DNA of 64,000 nt. It comes from Polyangiales bacterium (lineage in GTDB: Bacteria > Myxococcota_A > Polyangia > Polyangiales > Ga0077539). The notes beneath the pieces were generated by a model that worked only from the letters and a program-made list of their open reading frames with translations, did not search any database and was not told the DNA's origin. The position numbers and the translations under genes are program-made. Location of the stretch: contig JBGARZ010000012.1 in assembly GCA_044229975.1 (NCBI GenBank), positions 160,001-224,000 of the forward strand. The letters run 5' to 3'. Of this stretch, positions 57,294-64,000 are shown in pieces (the stretch's first letter is position 1; every line of letters begins with the position of its first letter).

Positions 57294-59651
57294 CTACCGT
57301 CCGCTCTCCGCCGCCCGTCGGCTCCAATCCCACGCGCACAGCGCCGCGAGCGCATACACCGCCGCCGCCGCCCCGAGCGTCCGCGGAATCCCATACAGCA
57401 GCGACACCACCAGCGCCGCCACGCTCCCGAGCACGCTCGTCGCGCCGTTGATCGCCAGCGCCAGCGGAACGCCCCTCGCCCGCGCCACGAAGCGCAGCCC
57501 CGACGGAAACAGCATCCCCAGCACGAGCCCCACGACCATCGCGGTCGCCGACGTCCACACCACGCGCAGCGCCAGCGACGACCCCGCCGTCGCCCGCGCG
57601 AGCGGCCCGATCACCGCCCCCGGCAGCAGCGCCAGCACCACCGCGGCCACCATCGCCACTGCCACCACACCGCGCAGCGAGCGCACCACCCGCGCCGACA
57701 GGAAGCTCCCCGCGCCGCTCGCCACCAGCAGCGCCGCGAGCACGCCCACGAGCGCGTACGTCGGGTGCCCCAGCACCACGTGCATGCGCTGCACGAGCGC
57801 CACTTCGACCAGCATGAAGCCCGCCCCCAGCGCGGCGAAGTACATCCCCGCCGACGCGCACGGCAGCGACGCCTCGCGCGACCGCGCCGCCCGCGCGAGC
57901 GTCGGACCGAGCAGCGCCGCCCCCAACAGCGCGACGACGCCGAAGGTCAGCAGCAGCGCCCGCATGGCCCGCAGCGCCCCGCGCGGAACCGACGGGCGCC
58001 CCGGTCGATCGCGCCCCGCGTCGATGGGATGCCACCACGCGCTCGCGGGCAGCACATGGAAGAAGAACGGCCGGTCGTCCGTCGGCGGCGTCGTGTCGAA
58101 GCCGAGCGATGCACCCACCGCCCTCAGCGCGTCATCGTCGCGCGCACGCACCACGCGACTCGGAACGCTCTCATCCGCCGGCCGGTCGGGCGCGAGCAGC
58201 ACGTCGTATCCGAGGCTGGCGTTGAGGTGATGCACCACCGCGAGGTCGCGCGGGGTGAAGGGCGACGGGCTCACCAGGATGGTCGCGATGTTGAGCGAGC
58301 GCACCAGCACGATGTGGCGCCACGGCTCGCGCACGCCGCGGTCGCGCAGGGCCGACGACGCGAGCGCCACGAGGCGGCCGACCTCCGCCGACGCACCCAC
58401 GACATGCCAGCGCGAGAAGGTCAGCACGCCGTCGGGCTCGACGCGATCGAGGAAGAGCCTCCACGCTTCGCGGGTGTAGAGCGTCGCCTCGGAGTGCGCG
58501 AAGGCACCCGCCGCCGTTGCCGCCCAGGTGTCGACCAGCGACGCCTGGAGCACGCCGCAGCGCTCCCCGAGGCGCCCGATCTCCGCGCGGCCGTCGCCGA
58601 TGATGAGCCGGAAGCGCGGGTCGCGGATGAGCGGCGAGTCGGGCGCGACGTGTTCGAGCATCTCGCCGATGCCGGGGTTGATCTCGATGCCGACGGCGCG
58701 CGGGTGACCCGCGGACAGCGCCGTGAGCACGTCGCGACCGCCGCCGACGCCGATGACGCAGGAGAGCCCGCCCGGCCGCAGCCAGTGCGCCGCCGCGGTC
58801 ACGTCGTAGCGGAGAAAGGCCAGGTCGTTGAGGGTGCGCCACGCGACCACGGGGGTTCCGGCGTCGCCGTCGATGCGCGCGGTGCGCTGCCGAACCGTCA
58901 CCCGCGGCGCGGCCCGCGAAGCGCCCCAATAGAACGCCGGCTCCGGCCGCAGCGGGGCGAGGACGACCTGGGAGAGGGCGTTCCAGACCTCGAAGGTGCC
59001 CGCGGGGAGCGACACGGCGCGGCCCTTCGGATGACGGATGGTGAGCCCATACGGCGTGAGCTGCGTGAGCAGCAGCACCACCAGCGTTGCGCCGGTGAGC
59101 GCGACCCGCGGCGGTGAGGTGGCCAGCGCGACAGCGGTGAGCGCGGCGAGCAGCGCGACGGCCACCATCGCCGCCGGGCCCGAGAGCGGCCCCAACAGAA
59201 CCAGCGGCAGCAGCGCGCCCATCGCCGCGGCGCCGAGGTCGGCGGCGTAGAGCGATCCGAGTTCGAGCTCGGTCTCTCCCATGAGGCGCGCGACGATCGA
59301 TCCGCCGGTCACCATGGGCCACGCCGCCGCGAGCGCCGCGAGCGCGATGGCGGCGACCGACGCGGGGTCCGCCTCCAACCGCAGCGGAACCAGGCACACC
59401 ACCGCCGTCAGCGAGAGCAGACCCGCGGCGAAGCGGGCGAAGCGCGACGCGAGCCACGGCCGGAGCGGCGTGCCAACGGCAGCGAGCGCTTCGAGCGACC
59501 CGCGCGTGAGCCCGAGCATCGCGATGGACAGCACGACAAACGCGAGGCTGTACCAGGACGCCACCGACAGCAGCCGCGTGAGCAGCACCTCCACCAGCAC
59601 GATGGACGCGGACGCTTGTGCCAGCAGCAGGAGCAGCGCCCTTCGCGTCAT
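57294..59651 (-). CDS. Membrane protein with spermidine-synthase-like SAM-dependent domain
   Basis: N- and C-terminal TM bundles; IGVGGGRD, EINP, DGR, LYTREA, TDDRPFF. Confidence 0.88.
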   Translation of the reverse strand: MTRRALLLLLAQASASIVLVEVLLTRLLSVASWYSLAFVVLSIAMLGLTRGSLEALAAVGTPLRPWLASRFARFAAGLLSLTAVVCLVPLRLEADPASVAAIALAALAAAWPMVTGGSIVARLMGETELELGSLYAADLGAAAMGALLPLVLLGPLSGPAAMVAVALLAALTAVALATSPPRVALTGATLVVLLLTQLTPYGLTIRHPKGRAVSLPAGTFEVWNALSQVVLAPLRPEPAFYWGASRAAPRVTVRQRTARIDGDAGTPVVAWRTLNDLAFLRYDVTAAAHWLRPGGLSCVIGVGGGRDVLTALSAGHPRAVGIEINPGIGEMLEHVAPDSPLIRDPRFRLIIGDGRAEIGRLGERCGVLQASLVDTWAATAAGAFAHSEATLYTREAWRLFLDRVEPDGVLTFSRWHVVGASAEVGRLVALASSALRDRGVREPWRHIVLVRSLNIATILVSPSPFTPRDLAVVHHLNASLGYDVLLAPDRPADESVPSRVVRARDDDALRAVGASLGFDTTPPTDDRPFFFHVLPASAWWHPIDAGRDRPGRPSVPRGALRAMRALLLTFGVVALLGAALLGPTLARAARSREASLPCASAGMYFAALGAGFMLVEVALVQRMHVVLGHPTYALVGVLAALLVASGAGSFLSARVVRSLRGVVAVAMVAAVVLALLPGAVIGPLARATAGSSLALRVVWTSATAMVVGLVLGMLFPSGLRFVARARGVPLALAINGATSVLGSVAALVVSLLYGIPRTLGAAAAVYALAALCAWDWSRRAAESGR

Positions 59652-59785
59652 GGGGCACGCTAGGTGAAACCCCCGGGAGATGTCGGCAATTCGCCCCCGC
59701 TCTCGGAAGATCTATCGCAAGACACGCCGATCGCACCGCAACCGCCGCCCTGCCTCCCGCCTGCTCGCCGCGCTACACGAAGCTC

Positions 59786-60691
59786 ATGCAACCCTTCGAC
59801 GTCATCATCGTCGGCGCCGGCCCCGCCGGGCTCTCCGCCGCCCTCGCCCTCGGCCGCGCGCGCCGCCGCGTCCTCCTCTGCGACGCCGGTGCGCCCCGCA
59901 ACGCCCGCGCCCACGAGATCCACAACTTCGTCACCCGCGACGGAACGCCCCCCGCCGACTTCCGCCGCATCGCCCGCGAGCAGCTCGCACCGTACGCCTC
60001 CGTCGAGGTCCGCGACGCGCGCGTCGAGCGCATCGCCGGCGAGCGCGACCGCTTCCACGTCGAGCTCTCCACCGGCCCCGTCACGGGCCGCCGCGTGCTG
60101 CTGGGCGTCGGCATGATCGACGAGCTGCCCGAGCTCCCCGGCTACCGCGAGCTCTGGGGCCACGCGGTCTTCCAGTGCCCCTACTGCCACGGGTGGGAGG
60201 TGCGCGACGGCGCCTTCGGCTACCTCTGCTCCGCCGCGGCGTTTCTGGAGTGGCCGCTGCTGCTCCTCAACTGGACGCGCGACGTGATGGTCTTCACCGG
60301 CGGGGCCTACGAGGTCCCGTCGGAGGTGCGCGCCCGGCTCACCGCGGCGGGCATCACCATCGACGAGCGCCCCATCGCCTCGCTCGCTCTTCGCGACGAC
60401 CGCCCCGATGCGCTCGCGGCCGTGGTGTTCGCTGACGGAGCCCGCGTCGCCCGCGACGTGCTCTTCGCGCGCCCGCCGCAGCGCCAGACCGACCTCGTCA
60501 CGTCACTGGGTCTCACCCTCGACGACCACGGCTTCGTCCGCATCAACGACCACCGCGAGACCTCTCGCGCTGGCGTCTACGCCGCGGGCGACCTCGCCAC
60601 GATGATGCAGGGCGCCATCATCGCCGCCGCAGCCGGAACCATGGCCGCCGCGATGATCAACCACGAGCTCTCGATGACACCGCCAGCGTAG
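59786..60691 (+). CDS. NAD(P)/FAD-dependent oxidoreductase (thioredoxin-reductase-like)
   Basis: GAGPAG, CPYCHGWE, GVYAAGD. Confidence 0.92.
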   Translation: MQPFDVIIVGAGPAGLSAALALGRARRRVLLCDAGAPRNARAHEIHNFVTRDGTPPADFRRIAREQLAPYASVEVRDARVERIAGERDRFHVELSTGPVTGRRVLLGVGMIDELPELPGYRELWGHAVFQCPYCHGWEVRDGAFGYLCSAAAFLEWPLLLLNWTRDVMVFTGGAYEVPSEVRARLTAAGITIDERPIASLALRDDRPDALAAVVFADGARVARDVLFARPPQRQTDLVTSLGLTLDDHGFVRINDHRETSRAGVYAAGDLATMMQGAIIAAAAGTMAAAMINHELSMTPPA

Positions 60692-61544
60692 TCCGTCGCT
60701 CGGCCCGCCACGCCGCGGGTGTGACGCCGTGCGCGCGTCGGAAGAGGCGGGTGAAGTGCGTCGCGTCGGCGTAGCCCACGCGCTCGGCGATGACCTCGAC
60801 CATCTCGTCGGAGTGCAGCAGCCGACGGCGGGCCTCCGCGAGTCGACCGGCGATGATCCACTCCACGGCGCTGCGCCCGGTCGCGCGCCGCAGCTCGGTG
60901 GTCACGTGCGACGGCGATCGACGCACCGCGGCCGCCACCTCCTGCAACGTGAGCGGCCCGAGGCACCGCTGCTCGATGACCCGCAGCGCCTGCGCCGCGA
61001 GCCCTTCGCCCGGCAGCGCTTCTTCCCGCGACGGCGACGCCCGCTGCACCTCGCGCAGGATCAGCACCGTCAGACTCCGCTGCGCCGCGACGCTCGCTTC
61101 GTCGACGCCCGCCACCTCGCGCCCCAGCTCGACGAAGAGCAACGTGAGAAACTCTCTCCGCTCTTCGGAGATGCTCACCACCGCCGTCCCCCCGCTCCGA
61201 ACGCGCGCGAACGGTTCGAGCAGCGCCGTCGCCCCATCGGCCGCGAGGCACGGCGCGCAGAAGCCCGCGCCCCACGCTTCGACCCCATCGCCCGCCACCA
61301 TGCGATGCGCCTCGCCCGCGGGGACCACCACGACGTCGCCTGCGCTCACCGTCCACCGACCACGCTGCTCGATCTCCGCGCGCCCCGTCGTGTAGAAGGC
61401 CAGCGCCGCAAACTCGTGCGTCACCAGCCGCGGCGACGGGCACCGCCCCGCCATCACGTGATGCTGGACGAACACCGGCCGCTCACGTCCGAGGGTGTCT
61501 TCGCGATTCACGACGGCGAGCCCCTGGTCCGCGGGTAGTGTCAT
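60657..61544 (-). CDS. AraC family regulator with cupin sensor domain
   Basis: THEF..GEAH cupin; IAERVGYADATHFTRLFRRAHGVTP. Confidence 0.9.
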   Translation of the reverse strand: MTLPADQGLAVVNREDTLGRERPVFVQHHVMAGRCPSPRLVTHEFAALAFYTTGRAEIEQRGRWTVSAGDVVVVPAGEAHRMVAGDGVEAWGAGFCAPCLAADGATALLEPFARVRSGGTAVVSISEERREFLTLLFVELGREVAGVDEASVAAQRSLTVLILREVQRASPSREEALPGEGLAAQALRVIEQRCLGPLTLQEVAAAVRRSPSHVTTELRRATGRSAVEWIIAGRLAEARRRLLHSDEMVEVIAERVGYADATHFTRLFRRAHGVTPAAWRAERRTTLAVSSRARG

Positions 61545-61551
61545 AACCACG

Positions 61552-62715
61552 ATGGTGTCACGCCCGGAGACCGTCGCCATCCCTCCCCTCTCGCGACTCA
61601 CCCGCGTCACCATCACGGCCGCTTGTGTCGTCGCCCTCGCCGCGGTGTTGCCCCGCTCGCTCCTGGGTCGCGAGGCCGACGCGCTCTTCGACGGTGACCT
61701 CGCCGCGCAGGACGCGCTCGCCCGCGCCGTCGCAGCCGATGTTGTGCGCGACACCGGCGCCGGGTCGTTTCACACGGGCTCGGCGCGCTTCGACGGAGAG
61801 TGGTCGCTCGTCACGTCGCAGATGGCGGCGCTCGGCCTGTCGCAGGTGATCCTCGCGCACCCCGAGCAGCGCGCCCGCTACCTCCCCTCGCTGCGCCTCG
61901 CGGTCGACCACGTCCTGCGCCCGCCGACCTTCGCCTTCGCCACGCAGGCGTGGGGCGTCTCCCCGCTCGACCACCTCGACGACGACCACGGCCACGCCTA
62001 CCTCGGCTACGTCGCGCTCGCCGTCGGCGCCCTCCGCACCGTCGACCCCGCGACCCCGCACGCCGCCCTCCACGACCGCCTCGTCGACGCGCTCGCCCGC
62101 CGCCTGGAGCACTCTGCGTCCGGCGCCATCGAGACCTACCCGGGGGAGTCCTACCCCTGCGACCTCGCGACCGTCGTCGGCGCCATCGGCCAGCACGCGC
62201 GCCTCACCCACACCGACCGCCGCGCCCTGCTCGCCCGCATGGCCACCACCTACCGCTCGCGCTGGATCAACCCCGCCTCGGGCTACCTCGCGCAGTCGGT
62301 GGTCCCCTCGACCGGCGAGCCCGCCTCGCCCGGCCGCGGCTCCGGAACAGCCCTCTCCTCCTACTTCCTCTCCTTCGCCGACCCGTCGCTCTCCCGCGCG
62401 CTGGGCGTGGCCGTCGCTCGCACCGGCCACCGCACCCTCGCGGGCTTCGGCGGCGTCCTCGAGTACGCCCCCGGCAGCGCGGGCCAGGGCGACATCGACT
62501 CCGGCCCGGTGGTGCTCGGCGTGTCGGTCTCGGCGACGGGCTTCGCGCTGTCCTCCGCGCGACAGCTCGGCGACCGCGACCGCTTCGTCGCGCTCTACCG
62601 CACGGCGGCGCTCTTCGGCGTGCCCGTCGCGCGTGGTGACGGTCGCGCCTTCGTGGCGGGCGGTCCGCTCGGCAACGCCATCATGCTGGCGATGCTCACC
62701 GCGAGGTCGCCGTGA
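61552..62715 (+). CDS. Hypothetical exported protein, possibly (alpha/alpha)6-barrel, linalool dehydratase-like
   Basis: N-terminal TM; ETYPGESYPCD, RGSGT, GDIDSGPV motifs; fold assignment is inference. Confidence 0.6.
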   Translation: MVSRPETVAIPPLSRLTRVTITAACVVALAAVLPRSLLGREADALFDGDLAAQDALARAVAADVVRDTGAGSFHTGSARFDGEWSLVTSQMAALGLSQVILAHPEQRARYLPSLRLAVDHVLRPPTFAFATQAWGVSPLDHLDDDHGHAYLGYVALAVGALRTVDPATPHAALHDRLVDALARRLEHSASGAIETYPGESYPCDLATVVGAIGQHARLTHTDRRALLARMATTYRSRWINPASGYLAQSVVPSTGEPASPGRGSGTALSSYFLSFADPSLSRALGVAVARTGHRTLAGFGGVLEYAPGSAGQGDIDSGPVVLGVSVSATGFALSSARQLGDRDRFVALYRTAALFGVPVARGDGRAFVAGGPLGNAIMLAMLTARSP

Positions 62716-62963
62716 GACCGTGGGCGAAGCGCGCGCTGACGATCATCGCAGCGATCGTGTTGCACGAGGCGTTGGCGCGCGGCCTCGACCGGGCGGGCCT
62801 CATCGAGCGGCTGCTGTCGCCCTCGGGCGCCGGGGCGGCGGTGGCGCTGGTGGCCGCGGTGGTGATGTACGCGCTGCGGCTGGGGCTGCTGTTCGTGGTG
62901 CCGGGCGTGGTCGTCGCGCGAGCGGTGATCGGGGCGATCGATGCCGCCCGGGCCCGACGATAG
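62712..62963 (+). CDS. Small membrane protein
   Basis: GTGA overlap with the upstream gene; hydrophobic segments. Confidence 0.65.
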   Translation: MRPWAKRALTIIAAIVLHEALARGLDRAGLIERLLSPSGAGAAVALVAAVVMYALRLGLLFVVPGVVVARAVIGAIDAARARR

Positions 62964-62969
62964 CGCCCG

Positions 62970-64000
62970 TCACGGCCCCGTCGGCAGCCCCACCAGGATG
63001 CGCCACGACAGCCACTCCAGGTCGTTGCAACGAAACCGCGCCCGCTCCGGGCCCCGCGCCCGCAGCTCCGCGATCGCCTGCAATTGCACCCGCTCCATCG
63101 ACCACCCGTGCGCCCGCGCGCACACCGCCCGGTAGAGCGCCTCCGTCCCATCGATCGCCTCTTCGTCGTCGACGGGCGCTGAGTACAGCCGTCGGGGCGG
63201 CGTCGCGCAGCCCCCTCGGCGCAGGTACGCCCGCGCCACCGCGTCGCCCTGCGTAAACGTCCCATCGGCACGCGCGTGCCACAACGTGAGCGGCCCTGGC
63301 GACTCATTGATCCCGACCGCCGCCGGGTCGCACGACACGCGCCCCCAGCGCTCCCCGTCGATGAAGTCCAGCCGCCCATCCCGATCGAAGTCCACGAAGC
63401 GCTCCACCACCCCGACCGCCGCAAACGGCGCATACGGCGCCACCCGATCGCCGCGCGCCGTGAGCACCGTCACCGCGATGGGATTGTCGCCGTCCCCATC
63501 ACCGCACCAGTAGTGCGTCCCGCCCACGGCCAGCTCCCCCCGCCCGTCGCCGTCGAAGTCGGAGCTCGCGAAGGCATCGAGCTCGTCGTGGTCGCAGCCC
63601 TCGTCCAGCAGCACTCCGCGCTCGCCCCCCTCGATGCGCACGCCCGCCGTCGTCACGAAGTCCGCCGCCCACCGCGCGCGAAACCGCCCGCGATCGTCCC
63701 CTTCGCCCGCGTCGCGCTCCAGCGATCGCAGCGCCAGCACCCACGCGCCTCCCACCGCCGCCACGCAGCGCCCCAGCGACCGCCTCACGATCCCCATCCG
63801 CCGCGCCACCGGCCGCCCGTCGACGTTGTCCGTCCCGGCGTCGGTCAGGCTCTCTCCCGCCCGCGTGATCTCCGCCTCGGTCAGCCGTCGCACCCGCGCC
63901 TCTGCCGCCTCGCACGCCCTCGCCACGGCCCGCGGCAACGCCGGCGCCCCTGCGTCCGCGCCCGCCCCCGCATCGACCGACGTCACCACCGCGGGCGGCT
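62970..64000 (-). CDS. Cys-containing, probably exported protein with DxDxDG motifs; 5' end lies outside the window
   Basis: DFDGDGRGE, DFDRDGRLD; open frame runs to the window edge. Confidence 0.7.
   Translation of the reverse strand, partial: PPAVVTSVDAGAGADAGAPALPRAVARACEAAEARVRRLTEAEITRAGESLTDAGTDNVDGRPVARRMGIVRRSLGRCVAAVGGAWVLALRSLERDAGEGDDRGRFRARWAADFVTTAGVRIEGGERGVLLDEGCDHDELDAFASSDFDGDGRGELAVGGTHYWCGDGDGDNPIAVTVLTARGDRVAPYAPFAAVGVVERFVDFDRDGRLDFIDGERWGRVSCDPAAVGINESPGPLTLWHARADGTFTQGDAVARAYLRRGGCATPPRRLYSAPVDDEEAIDGTEALYRAVCARAHGWSMERVQLQAIAELRARGPERARFRCNDLEWLSWRILVGLPTGP

Overview
Very GC-rich bacterial DNA with a Myxococcota/Polyangia-like gene repertoire (inferred from three Ser/Thr kinases, a PP2C phosphatase, FHA/sigma54 regulators, and PEGA, FG-GAP/CRTAC1 and Cys-rich lipoproteins). 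There are about 45 credible CDSs; most other long ORFs in the track are antisense or off-frame shadows. I saw no rRNA, tRNA, CRISPR array, transposase or integrase. Main points: (1) two homologous ~235-245 bp fold-back elements (2873-3106, 9390-9635) with near-perfect 91-98 bp arms and 51-52 bp spacers, compensatory base changes between the copies, and flanking direct repeats that duplicate the upstream gene's stop codon; (2) an alpha/beta-hydrolase with an apparent Cys nucleophile fused to a PAS-PAS histidine kinase in a three-gene signalling operon; (3) a ferredoxin-reductase-AlkB fusion with a divergent AraC regulator; (4) an MbnP/MbnH-type pair; (5) an ABC-ATPase plus TOPRIM-like pair (candidate defence system); (6) a decayed AhpD-like gene with a CxxU (UGA) motif; (7) two paralogues sharing an unnamed helical domain; (8) several hairpin-dense intergenic regions. 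All calls come from reading motifs by eye; no database search was run.
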